64,000 bases of DNA from Dicyema japonicum (taxonomy: Eukaryota; Animalia; Dicyemida). This document shows positions 45,809-63,654 of this stretch, one piece after another (within the stretch, counting starts at the first letter, position 1; each line of letters starts with the position of its first letter). The position numbers were made by a program, and so were the translations under genes. The notes below the pieces were generated by a model that had not been told where the DNA came from, searched no databases, and worked only from the letters and a program-made list of their open reading frames with translations. The stretch covers positions 1,092,671-1,156,670 of the forward strand of contig RDEW01000017.1 of NCBI GenBank assembly GCA_011109175.1, written 5' to 3'.

Positions 45809-46921
45809 ATGAATTTTGAAAGTACTGCAGGAATAACCTCTCGTTCCCATTCTGCAGAGAATGTCTCCATGTTGGAGAAAGGAGTGCGCTGGCTGAAGGC
45901 CACGAATGAAAACTGGCAAGAAAAACGGCTTTTGAAGAACAGAATGGAAATTCTCGTCATTGGTCTCCCAATGTCAGGAAAAACTTGCTTTCTTAACAAC
46001 TTCGGGCTCAAACAGTCTTCGGATTTCGTCAAGAAACGATCAAAGACGCAAGGACTGTGATAGAAAACCTGATTCTCATAACTATGGACAAACTTGTCGA
46101 GATTCTGCTAAAAGAAACTGACTTTATGCCTCATCTTAATGAGCTACTCGAAGGTTTTCAGAACAGAAGAAAGAAACTTGAGAGCCTATCGAGGCTAAAA
46201 GTGATAATAAATCAGATTCTTTTGTATCCAATGTCAGAAAATGCGATTTTAAAGCACTACTTTGAATTTGTATTTAATTATGTTAGTTTTAGCCCCAAAA
46301 TTTTCGATATTTCCTGGACAGAATCAATAAATTTGATAATAAAGTAATTTATGACACTACTCAATTTAGGGATATTTAACAACTGCAGATGACATCATCA
46401 GAGCTCCGATTCATTCAGAAGAAGTCGAGGAGGCCGGGTTGATCATTCGAAGGAATCCTTATGCTATTACCGTTCTCAGTGGATCCCGGCTGTTGGCTTC
46501 AGTCAAATCCACGGCATTTTTTTCTAAATCAGCTGCAATTATTTTCATAGTGAATTTGGATCGTTTTGAATACGATCTGGAAAAGGCTTTTCAAGTTTTC
46601 CACGAGATAACCCACATATCATACTTAGACAGAGCTTCCTTTCTGATTCTCCTCAATAGAAGCAAGGATTTCAGTAAGAAAATCAACTCAGTTAACTTTG
46701 CCGGTGTTTTTCCTGATTTTAACAAATATGATACTGAAACTGGACAAGCGAAAAGAGTCGAAGAGTACACTAACAATCGTCTGAAAAAATGTCTTTTGAA
46801 GAGTCAAATTCAGTATTCACATGCGTGTGATATTGTTTGTTGCTTCTCAACCAGAGACTTTCACTATTGCATAAAGTCAACTGTAATGAGTTACAATTTG
46901 TCTAACTACTATTTTATGTGA
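45809..46921 (+). CDS. Highly divergent heterotrimeric G-protein alpha subunit
   Basis: ILVIGLPMSGKT P-loop, helical domain, TADDIIRA, AIIFIVNLDRFE, AFQVFHEI, SFLILLN and a SYNLSNYYFM C-terminus; two mini-introns and one indel near 46025. Confidence 0.8.
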
Positions 46922-47340
46922 CTCAATAATTCATTAACTTTAAATGTTGTCACAACAGTTTAATGGGTCAGACTGAGTTATTTTAATATGTAATCTTTGC
47001 TGTTGTGCAAGTCTTGAAGAGAAAGTATTATGATTTATTAATCAGCAATTGAAATCAAAATGAGGTTAATTTAAACATGGAGATTAACAATTGCCAATTA
47101 AAATTTAATTTAGCGAAATTGATTTGGACAATTAGGCGTACTTTAGTGGTAAACATATCGATTTATGCCTTCAAGTGGAAATTATCTAAAATTATCATTG
47201 CGTTTAAATATTGAAATCAGGTTAGGATTTTAATAATTTAAAATCAAAGAATTAAATTAATAATTTATGAAATTAAATAATTTAAATTCATCGTATCGTT
47301 TATTGTCATTCAGGCTTTAGTAAATCAATCTGAAAACAAA

Positions 47341-48792
47341 ATGACATCCACACAATGTCCCGTACCTGGCTGTAATTCTAAAGGTCATTTATCTTCCAAA
47401 TACACCAAGCACAATCTTCCATACCAATGTCCGCTGTTCCACAACCTCACTTTATCTCAATGCAAAGTTTATTACTTAAAACCTAATTTAGAAATCTCAT
47501 GCAAAGTTTATTACTTAAAACCTAATTTAGAAAATAATAAATGTTCGTAATGATATCGTATCAAGCAAAAAACGGCCTCGTGAATATTATGACGTCATTC
47601 TTGACTGGCATCTTGACAAAGAACTGCTTGAAAATTCCCGTTCGAAAAGAGACACATTTTCCCTCCTTGAGTATTCACGAGAACCTCTCCTTGAAGAATA
47701 TGCCACCCCAAATATGCTTTTGTTCTTCAGAAAGGCTCAAATCCAACTATCCACTAACCTAGTTTATCTTTTTTAATTATAAGCTCGCCGTTCAAAAAAA
47801 CTATCAAAAGTTGAAGGAATTGTCGACAGAAGACAGGGAAGATGAATTTTGCTTGCAACAACTTCAAATGGGTGATTTCCTGTTCGATGTGACCTATTCT
47901 GCCCCCTTGCCACATAATGTATGTCTAAGTCATATGGTCTACGCTTGTGAGTTCTGCTTTAAGCTTTTATCCGACTTTGAAGCCTTTCAAAGACATGTGG
48001 TTTATCGGTAATTAATTTCAAGAGTAAATGCCCTCTCAAATGTCCCCCTGGTAGGGAAATCTACAGAAAAGGAGACATTTCCGTGACTGAAGTGGACGGA
48101 AGTGAGGCACAGGTCGTTATAGTAGACATTTATATAGATGTATTGTCGGAACTTGTGTTTACTGGGAAAGCTATTCATTGGGCAAAAAACACTGTTGCAC
48201 GACGTTTTCTGTTTTTTGTTTTACATTCTGACACAAGTGGATGATTCTGGAAGTCACTTTGTGGGTTACTTTTCTAAAAGTCTACGTTTATATTTATTTT
48301 GAAGGAAAAAAATTCAGATTTCAATCTTTCCTGCATTCTAGTAATGCCAAATCACCAAAAGAAAGGATATGGTCAGCTATTGATTGAACTGAGTTTGTTA
48401 TTTATTTATTTTCTGGCTATTCTTTGAGTCTGGCTGAAGGACGTTTGGGTTCACCTGAACGACCCATTTCTGATAAGGGGCTGATTGCTTATCGGTCGTT
48501 TTGGCAGGATAAATTGGTGGAATTTTTGAGTAATCGAGGTCGGGCAAGGAAGTTGAATATTTCTGGTTGTCATTGATGTTTTATGAGATTTGGCAGCAAA
48601 GTCTGGGATAAATATTAGGGATTTGATTTCGACTCTTGAAGAGATGGAACTCATAAAATGTGTTAGGGACGATAAACGGATTATTTTGTGTCCAGAGGTG
48701 ATCCTTTTTACTTAAATTAGGCAAAATTGGAAAAGTATAAGCTTTCTACCAAAAAGTTATTTGATTCTGAGTGCTTAATACTTTATAAATGA
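47341..48792 (+). CDS. KAT7: MYST histone acetyltransferase, KAT7/HBO1-like
   Basis: N-terminal C2HC finger [15 protein letters not shown]; MYST motifs [55 protein letters not shown] and GSPERP. Confidence 0.88.
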
Positions 48793-48857
48793 TTTGGGGT
48801 TATTGTACATAATATTTGTTCTTTTGGGGTTTCAATTTATTAATATAAAACAAATAT

Positions 48858-49163
48858 CGAGTGGCATAGTGGTTAGGTGTCGGCTAAAGTGACTTAGGCT
48901 ACGGGTTCGATTCTCGCTGCTGTTCACCTGGTGGAAGGTTCCACGCATCTACTATGCCAAAAGGGTTTGACGAGTGACGCCGTCATCAGTGGATACTCAC
49001 TGCGGAACTGGATTGTCTAGAAAGGACCCACACACAAGAAAAAGAAAATAGAGGTGAAGATCATTTTTTGGTTCTACGATTAACTGTTTTTTACTTAAAT
49101 AAAGTGTGTGTCCTGCCTATGCGGAGCTATAAATATTATGGCTCTCGTGAAAAGGCTATTAAA
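48858..49163 (+). mobile_element. tRNA-derived SINE family 1, near full-length copy
   Basis: A-box TGGCATAGTGG, B-box GGTTCGATTC, LINE-derived 3' tail and poly-A; TSD AAAACAAATAT at 48847-48857 and 49164-49174. Confidence 0.85.
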
Positions 49164-49472
49164 AAAACAAATATGGTAAACACTTTCACGACATAAATGA
49201 AAGCGATTGGTCTTAATAGCTGCTGGTTCACTACAGGTGGCGAGTAATCACGTAGAAAACGACATTAATGGTAGACCTATTATGATATTCGCAATTTATG
49301 TTTGGTGAAGGCCGGGATAACCTGGTTTTTTTATTCTGGCTTTGACGGCGGTTTTCTGGTTCAATAAACTTAGAAAAATGTGATTTTTAATCAAAAATAT
49401 TATATAAATCAAAAGTAATAGTCAAAAAAGTCAAATTTTATTTTTTATAGGACAGTAAATATACTTTTATTA

Positions 49473-50305
49473 TGAGTTGATTTACGCAGACGATCTGGAC
49501 TTTGTATCGGATATTCTGAATTTCTCAAGTACATAAACGAACATCTTCCTAACATTTTCCAAAAATGGTTCTTGAAGATAAACACTGACAAAACGGAATT
49601 TACATCATTCAGCCGTGCAGAGAGGATATCCGACGAGACGTGGAGAAGACATAAAAAGGTCGGATCGCTCATGTGGGACGAGGAAGATGTAGCTCGACGG
49701 AAAATCCTTGCAACTGTGCTTTCAGAAGCCTATCTAAAATATGGAGTTCGGGAAGAAGACTTTGTGGAAAAATAAAGCTTATGATATACAAATACTTTGT
49801 TGTGCCCATTCTAATATATAACTGTGGGACATGGGGTTTGTCTAAACGGGCAATGGAGTCTATTGACAGTTTCGACCGCAGTATGCTCCGGAAGGCACTT
49901 AATATTCATTACAAAATGAAAATCAATAACGAACAATTATATAAGTTGAGCAAAACAGAACCATTATCCATAGAAATCAGAAGATCGAGATAGAGACTGT
50001 TCGGTCAAATTCTGAGGATGGACCTGGATGTCCCGGCAAATCACGTAATAGATGAATATTTCATGGAAAAAACAAAATCATTCCGAGGAAGGCCTAGAAC
50101 AACCTTACCTATCACGCTAAATGAGGACCTAAAAGCCATAGGCAGGAAGTTGAAAACAATGGATGACCTCGATGAACTAAGAGATCTTGCGAAACGGAGA
50201 GGCCTTTGGATGCGATTGGTGCAAAGGGTGGCCGGCGCGGCACAAGGGAATTTTAATTGACTTTTGTTTTTTTTCATGTGTTCTCGGCAGTGCTGATAAT
50301 AATAA
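49473..50305 (+). mobile_element. 5'-truncated RTE-X-like LINE with 17-bp TSD
   Basis: IYADDLD, LIYNCGTWGL and RGRPRTTLP; (TAA)n tail; TSD TAAATATACTTTTATTA at 49456-49472 and 50306-50322. Confidence 0.92.
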
Positions 50306-50505
50306 TAAATATACTTTTATTAAGGAAAGATAAGAGACTAAACGGTTATATAGCGGCCGAATAAATCAGCTGACCAAGGATCTCATCATTATGGGATTTT
50401 AGTCGATTGTCTCCAAGAGACTGAGCTAAGTAGAGATTTAAACGAACTAGTGAGACCATATAAGTTAATCTTCCTTAAACAACAATGTTGACACTATGAA
50501 CAAGG

Positions 50506-50685
50506 TTTTTTTTAATAGCCTTTTCACGAGAGCCATAATATTTATAGCTCCGCATAGGCAGGACACACACTTTACTTAAGTAAAAAACAGTTAATTTTAA
50601 CTAATCGTAGAACGAAGGAATGATCTTCACTTCTTTTTTTCTTTTTCTTGTGTGTGGGTCCTTTCTAGACAATCCAGTTCCGCAG
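50506..50685 (-). mobile_element. 5'-truncated copy of SINE family 1
   Basis: Reverse complement closely matches 49001-49167. Confidence 0.88.
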
Positions 50686-51267
50686 CGATCCATAAACCCA
50701 CTCGATCCAAAAGTGCTGGAGTTCAGTGACAGAATAGCAGTATTGCAATTAACGACTGGAAAAAGCCTCTAACAATTATTAAAATATAGGTTGAAGTTGA
50801 CAATTTTTACTCTAATCTCGTTGTGGTGATGGGGGAAATACGTGCTTCCTCTTCACTTTCTTTGCGGGTGATTGGAACGTAACATCTAGTAGAGATGAAG
50901 ATTTCAGAGGAATGAGAAACAACCTTAATTGTACTAATCTGACTGACTTTTGTGCATTTGATCTTTTTCTGTTAACATGGAATTCAAACATCCGGCGAGA
51001 CATGTGACTTTTTGGGTGGGACAATCTGAAGTCGGTTGTTCAGGTGAACCGATTTAGCGTGACAGTATGTGGTCTACATATTCAAAAGGAGTTGGAAACG
51101 CCAGGGAGCACCTAATGCTCACCAAAAATGACCACTAGACCCCCTCTTCCCAGGATCTGGTTGTAGAAATGATCGGTGGTTTCCTCGTGAAAAGTACCAT
51201 TTCGTATGATAGATCTCTACATGATTTTTTTATATCTGTGACGACGTATCACAGATTATAAGTAAAA

Positions 51268-53400
51268 CTTATTATTATAAGCACTCATCGCCTTGCCATA
51301 ATGGTTATAGCAAGCACGTGCAACACAAGAAACAATGTTATTAGTTAGCCTTACATCCTCCACGGTTACACGAAATCGATCTCAGCTCTCCCAGATTGTA
51401 TCCCGTCTTTAGGCATTTCCTCACTCTTTGGAAGTCTTTGTGCAGTATGATAGGAGTTGTTATCCTTGGTCAGCCACGGAAGCATTTCCCTCGAACATGA
51501 AGTGATCTTCGCCACATTCGCTGGGTCAGCGAGATCAATACAAAGAATGTGGTCAAACAGTCTTCATCAGGCAAAATGTCGCCAACGTTGATCAAGGTGT
51601 TGTCCATTCGTTTGATTTCGGTTATTTCCCGGTTTACGATTAGGGACAATTCACTTAATTTGTCTGGTGCATTTTTCAGTAGATGTGAGAGAGCTTCTGT
51701 ATCCTCTGATATGAAATCCACATCATCCGCGTACACGATTTCCTTTATTTTTCCTTCGTAGCACGTTCTTAGATCCCTAAGTGCGACTTCGAGATTTATC
51801 ACAAATAGTAGTGGAGAGAAAATCTCCCTGATGACTGCCAATTGTAGTTTTGAAAGGCCTAGGTATAGTTCTTCCAATCCTGACTGACAGATCAGTACTA
51901 GATAGCAGTACTCGGATAATCCTTTGTAACAATTTGGTCAACAAATTGTCGTAGGGCATCCATTAGCTTTTGTCTGCTAAAAGCGTCGAAAGCTCTTGAC
52001 ATATCGATCCCCATGATGGTCGTGCCATTTTTATATTTTTGTTGCACACCGCCACCTATGGTTGCCACAAAACCTTCCTTCACGAAATCCGCTATGGCTT
52101 GCTGAGAGTATTTTCTTGGACCAAAGCAATAACCTTGCGTATTGTGATTAACAATAATACTGAACGTAGGCTTTCTAGTAATCCTTTTAGTTTGTTAGGC
52201 TTTAGTATATCAATATACCTTTTTCCAGGGGTCATACCGAGTTAGATGTAAACATTCCATAACGAGTCTGGGTGGCCCAGTGACATGTTTCCAGCTGTCT
52301 ATTGTCTCACTCCAAGGTGTGTGTTCAAGGCAAAGCAAATAATACTTCTAGTCTGGTCCCATAGGTCTTGTATAGTCATATTAGTCGGTAGTGTATTTAG
52401 GTGGGTCTCAATATGCTTTTGGTAATTTACCTCCACCAACGGCTGAGAGCAGAGCTATTTTCGGTGCCTGCGTGCGTGGCTGATTCGTTGAAGTTTTATG
52501 TTTGTTTGTCTGTTCCTCCTCTCTCTTCCTATTAGAGTGGCGTCATGTGATCCATCTGTCTAGGTGGCGCCCAGTGCATGGCTGGCACGAAAAAGGATCA
52601 TTTATTCTTCCCCACTCAACTGGAGGGGTTTCACAACTGCAACTATGGACGTCTTTTACCATTTATGTTGATTCGGATGAACTCTGTTTCTGAGAAGTAG
52701 AAACTGGATACACTTAATTAGTTGTTTACTTTAACTTCTTTCTCGGTGTATCCAAGGTTAATAAATTAATTAAATTATACATGGTTAAGGTAAGGCGGTG
52801 GCGCTTTGGTTAGGTTCGGGTTCTTTCTACCAATGTAGTATTTATTCAGGCAGAACTTGCCAATTACCATTTTATTGTCACTATTTATCATCGATCCTCC
52901 GTAAGAACGGACATTATGAAGTTGGGGTTTGCCCTTAGTCCGACAAATGATGTGGTCAAGTTGATTTAATATATTGACACTTTCGTTTTCAGAGTTCTTT
53001 CTATGGTCAGTCCATGTGCTCCTGTGGCGAGCTGGATGCATAAAGTCAGTGTTTCCGAGGAATAGATCATTCACTAGCCAGTAGTGTTCCCGGAGTGTTT
53101 TTCCACTCCCGTCCATATCTGCCGATGAACGATTCCTTTCCATCGCGTCGTATCCCAACTTTTCGTTAAAGTCTCCGGCAATTAATATCAGCGATAAATT
53201 TTCAGTTTCTGAGTAAGTCCTTAATAATTGGCAGAAGTCATCCAGTTTTTCAAAAATCTACCACTATGTGAGTATACACGTTAATGATTGTCATGTAGCT
53301 TTTGGAAGGGTACATGTCATTCATCCTGATTTTCAGGAAATTGATATATTTGAGAAAACAAGGTAATCATGGACTGCAATACCTTGTCCTTAATGTTTTT
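51268..53400 (-). mobile_element. Decayed RTE-X-like LINE with APE and RT
   Basis: APE (AGDFNEKLG, NQLDHIIC, INSDNKMV), RT (GIDMSRAFD, VYADDVD) and a variant of the conserved 3' tail at ~51280-51330. Confidence 0.85.
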
Positions 53401-53598
53401 ATTCTCGACTAAATAACCCACAATCGTCTGGTTCGAAGCCAGACACCTGATCCATTAGGCCTTATCCAGTTAACCTTGGGTTCAATTTTTTAACATTCTT
53501 CAAATTACAACTGAGAATTTCATGAAAAATATTGAAAAATAATTAAATTTGTAATAAAAATATATCTTATTATAAATAAATAAATAAAATTATTAAAG

Positions 53599-55361
53599 AT
53601 GCAACCTGGTGATGTGGATCCTCGAATACAAAGTTGTGGTAAGTAATATAATTTAGTGAAAATGGCTCGTAAATTTGACTTAGAAGAAATTTTTGAGCAA
53701 GCAAAATACGGAGCTATTGAAAGATGTCGCAAAATTATTTCCCCTCGTCAAGAGATAGAATCAGATAACGAACCATCCCTCGAGGAAGCACAAAATGAAC
53801 TTTATGATACCCACAGAGAATCTGAGGACGAAAACTATGATAATGAAGACAGTGAAATCGATTTTTTACCTATTCCATGCAGCAATGTGGCTCAAATTTG
53901 GCATGGAACGAAAAAGGTATCAGCAATCTCAATTGATTCTTCTGGTGCCCGCATGGCTTCTGGGGCGTACGATTCTGACGTCAGATTATGGGATTTTGCA
54001 GGAATGGATTCTTATCTCAAATCTTTCCGCACTGTCGAATTATTTGAAAAGTTGTTATTTATCCATAAATGTAGGCAAAACGTTGGACAGGTTCGGTACA
54101 GCCACGGGGGTGAACTACTTCTGGTTTCTGGAGGTGCTCATATAGTCCAAATTCTTGATCGTGAGGGGGAAATCTCTTATACTACTGCAAAAGGATTTCA
54201 ATATATCAGTGACGTCAGACAAACAAAAGGGCACATTTCTGTCATAAATGACTGTTGTTGGAATCCATTCGACAGAAATGAGTTTATCAGCTCAGCCAAT
54301 GACGGTTCGCTCAGAATTTGGAAAATCGAGACTGTTGAGGAGAGACACCACAAATGCATCAAAATTTGTCCTAGGAATAGAGTTTCTGCGACATGCATAA
54401 CTTACAGTTCTGATTCTAGACTTTTGTTGGATGGAACCGACACTGGTATTTTACAAGCATGGGATAAGAGTTCTACTATGGTTGAATTACTTATATAATT
54501 AAAGATTACTCCAAAACTGAGTATAGAACGTGCCCATATGGGTGCTGTGACATCATTGTGTCCTTCTATCGATGGTTATTCTATAGCAAGCAGGGGACAT
54601 GATGATACTGTTAAGTTATTCGACATCAGAAAGTTCAGAGAACCCATTTTCATAGTAAATGATTTGGACAATTGTTGTCCTGCGTATATTTGTTTATGAA
54701 TCGTAGAACTGATGTGTTATTTTGTCCCAAGGATTCATTGATTGTGACAGTAACTCAAAATCCTCCTCAGATTGTATTTATCGACAAAGCAACGGGGGAA
54801 ATTGTTAAAAGAGTAGATATGGATAATGTATCTTAATTATAATTTATTCATAAGGCTGCTACGAGGGTATTATGGAATGAAAGACTGAATCAGATCGCCA
54901 CAGCACGATTTGATGGATCTGTTAGAATCCATTATGACCCTCGTTCTTCCTCTAAAGGAGTTGTAACGTCGCTAAATAAGAGGATGAAAAAAGCAAAGAT
55001 GGCTGAATATGTTAAGAGAGACCACGTGCTAACTCGTTTGTTCCTTGTCTTATTTATAGCTCATGCACTCCCTATTTTTGAGGACAAAAAAGAACGTAAT
55101 TTAATTATTCGAGAGGAAAAGATTAGAAAAAATGCTATTACTAGTTGCAAACCCGATCCTCCTATTGATGGGACTGGAGTGGATGGTAGACTGGGGACTC
55201 CAGGGGCAACACTTGTGCACAATTTGCTTAGGAAGATTGCTGTTCAGGTGAAGGAACCTGATAATTATGATATTCGTGCTGCCATTCTGAATCAAGCCGA
55301 AGAAGCTGAAAAAAATCCGATGTATATTGCTCCTGCTTACAAGAGACAGAGAAAGGAGTAA
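53599..55361 (+). CDS. WDR70: WD repeat protein 70 (gastrulation defective gad-1 homolog)
   Basis: ARKFDLEEIF, HGTKKVSAISIDSSGARM, LWDFAGMD, KGFQYISDVRQTKGH, HALPIF and AEKNPMYIAPAY; six mini-introns. Confidence 0.93.
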
Positions 55362-55865
55362 CACTAATATTTTTGATTAAACTGTTTTCTTGTTTATTGA
55401 ATTTTCTCAGTATACATAATTAATACTGAAAAGCAATCTTTAGAACATTTACTCAAAATAAATAACTAGGTTTTCGATAACATGGAAATCGATATATCCA
55501 AGTTTGAATCAATAGTTAATCACTTTTGAAATTTCTTGATTATCCAAAATGTTACTATTTTTACTTTTTAGCATATTTCCTTATATAAAAATTCACTTAA
55601 GGAACTCTATCAGGACAAATTATGAGTTAATCCTATCAATAAAATAAATTTATTATTCAGCAAAATAATTTATAATTTGTTTTTTATAACACAACTAATT
55701 TTATTAAAAAACAACAGTAAACATAGTGAAAAAAACCCATAAAAACTATTTATTGAAAAATTAAAGTAAATTAAATAAATTTGTAAAATAAAAAAAATAT
55801 TTAACTATTATTTAATAAAAAAATTAGGCAATAAATAAACCTAACAAGGGTTGGTTCCTCTTTGT

Positions 55866-60701
<4,836 letters not shown>

Positions 60702-60999
60702 AATTTAGATTTAATAACCATTGTTTAAGCATTTTTGTCCCTTTTTATTAGCTTTCTCACTAAATAACTGTCAAACCATGCTTAAAGAACTATATTAGAT
60801 AATTTTATTATCATTAGTATAAGTGATCTCTCGATTGAAATCACAGAAGCTAGAAGGAGGATCTTTGGACAAGTTCTGAGTATGGAAATGAATGCCCAGA
60901 AGTACGGCTTTTTGGGATAAAAAACATAATGTCAGATATAGAGAAACTGATACCACAGTTAAAGAGAGTTTAAGAGACACTTCCGTACTACCCATGAAT

Positions 61000-62360
61000 T
61001 TTGTTCAGGTTTCTCGGGCTTATGTGAAAGACCACTGAGTCGATAAAACGTCTTGTAAGAGATGCACGAGGGCAGAAGCTGTTTCCTTGATTTTTCAGTG
61101 GGTGGATGGAAATCGGCTTAGTGGGCCAGAATACCACCCCTAATATGCTTTAACTGCTAATATTTCGGATCAGTGCATGACTTTGGAATGGGGTAAAGAG
61201 ATGTTTCTACTGTGTGGACCACATAGTTCACCGGAATGCCCGGAACCGAATAATAGATCTTGTATCAACTGCAGATCCTGAGATCACGGAACGAGTTATG
61301 TTGGCTGTCAGATGGCCAGAGAAGCCATCGTCTCTACAAGAAGAGAAACTGACTGTCATGTGTCGGGAACGTGGAGGAGAGGAAAAAAATCGTCCTTCCC
61401 CACGTTACCTAGATACAAAGTAAAATAAAAACAAGCAGGATATCAGAACCAAAAATCGATCTCTAAACTCTGATATTGGGAATCCAAAATGGAAAAAGTC
61501 AATTGTGGACAATGAATACCTGGATGAGAAGTTAAAATGTCTTGTTGGAAGCCTATTTCGAGGGTCTCTGAAATAACATCAAGTGTGATAAATTGAATTT
61601 AAATTTACTGAACGTCGTAGTTCTGGTCTTGAAGAGATCAGGCAGTCAAGACCTGTATTCCGAAACATAAGAATCATGATCGTGAATGCCCGAATCAATC
61701 TTGAGGAGGCATCACGAGCTAGCTTACCTGGCAAAGACCAAGGAGGCAGATATAATAATTGTCAACGAAACAAAGATAAAGTCATATGATACTTCAATAC
61801 TCTCGAGTTTCGAATCTGTATTTTTACATTGGAAAAAAGGGTTATACCAGAGATAGGGACAATTTTTTATATGTGTCACTTAAAGACTGGAATCCGAGAA
61901 TTGTAGCATCAGTTTTTGAGAGTTTGTCGCCATTTATGTTTTTGTCGACGTCTAGGTCATCATTTGCAATCTGTATTCAAAATCCTTGAGAGAATATACT
62001 GGAGAGATATCTGAGTTCCTTCGTGAAAACTTGATGGCTATTCAGGGAGGGGATCTCAACTCCAAAAGTACGTCCTTTGGTTGTAAGAAGAAAATCAGGG
62101 ATAGCAAGCTCCTGAAAAAGCTATCTGAAGGCCTTGAGGTAAAATTCCTAACGTCAAAAGAGGATAATCACTTTTTTAAACCTCTGTGGTTCTCCACGAT
62201 AGCTCCATTCAAAGAGGTACCGGAATTGGAGGACCTGGTGGTCCTGAATGATTTATATTTACATACAAGAATTGCTGTGACAACAACTGAAAAAATACTT
62301 TGGATTATTCCTTCCCTTCTCGTCCCATATGAGCAATACATGTGTCTTTTGTGAACTAAA
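61000..62360 (+). mobile_element. Decayed 5' part of a LINE (APE endonuclease remnant)
   Basis: GGDLNSKSTSFG APE motif; many stops. Confidence 0.5.
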
Positions 62361-62449
62361 AATAAATCTACCACAATAAATCGCTATGTCATGATTATCG
62401 CTATGAAAAAATAATTTATAATGCTACAGCGCCTACAACAAATTAACAC

Positions 62450-63654
62450 ATGGACTCATTTCTGACTGAAGTGCAGCAAGAAGAACTTTCATGTATAGCT
62501 GACAGACTTGTTTCGAATGGGTGTGGTATTCTAGCTGCGGATGAAAGCACGGGAACTATTGGTAAACGCTTTTCATCAATCAACTTGGAAAATAATGAAC
62601 AGAATAGACGTGCATATCGACAGCTTCTCTTTGAAACATCGGGAGAGCTAAATAAATACATTTCCGGGGTCATCATGTACGATGAAACATTCTGGCAAAA
62701 GTCTGACAATGGAACATCATTCCCTGATCTCCTCAAACAAAACGGAATTTTGACTGGAATTAAGCTTGACTTGGGGGTTATTTCAATAAACGGAGTTGAG
62801 ACCACCACCCAAGGTTATAGAGAGAATAATTAATAGGATTTGACTATTTGGATAAGAGGTGTGCAAAATATAAAGAGAATGGTGCTGACTTTGCAAAATG
62901 GCGGTGTGTTATCACAATCAGTGAAACCACGCCTTCACAGTTTGCAATAGATATGAACAGTTCTGTATTGGCTTGGTATGCTAAAATATGCCAGAGAGTA
63001 AGATTGTGGTTGCATTCTATATAGAATGGATTGGTCCCCATAGTTGAACCTGAAATACTCTGTGATGGATCCCATTCTCTTGAAAGATGCGAGAATGTGA
63101 CAACGAGGGTTTTATTTTTATTTAGTTTTAGGTTTTGTCGTGTGTTTACAAAGCTTTAAACGATCAGGGTGTGTTTTTGGAAGGAACTCTGTTGAAACCT
63201 AACATGGTTACTTCAGGAATGCAGTCAAATCCTCAATCTACAGCAGCTCAAAACGCGACTGCGACTTTAAGGACTCTAAGTAGAACTGTCCCATCAGCTG
63301 TTCCAGGTTCTTCATTTCTACTACGAAAGGGATTGTTTTCCTTTCTGGTGGATACTCAGAATTCAACGCGACACAAATTTTAAATGAGATTAACAAACAA
63401 GCTAACAGCAATAGAAGAAAGTATCCTTGGGCTTTGTCATTTTCTTACGGACGGGCTCTTCAGTCTTCAGTTATCAAAGCATGGAATGGTCAACAGGATA
63501 ATGTAACCAAAGCCTCAAGTCAATTATTATTGCGAGCAAAGGTAAATCATTTATTGACGATCAGGCATGCAGTGAGGCAAGTCAAGGAATATATTCTTCA
63601 TCAGCTGACGAATCATCTAAGGAAAGTCTATTCGTTGCCAAACACGTCTACTAA
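62450..63654 (+). CDS. ALDO: Fructose-bisphosphate aldolase, class I
   Basis: [53 protein letters not shown] and C-terminal ..HVY*; five mini-introns. Confidence 0.97.

Noticed and set aside
48858-48930. tRNA gene
   Set aside because: A and B boxes are present, but there is no complete acceptor stem or clean anticodon arm. The sequence continues into a repeated body with a LINE tail and TSD, so it is a SINE head.
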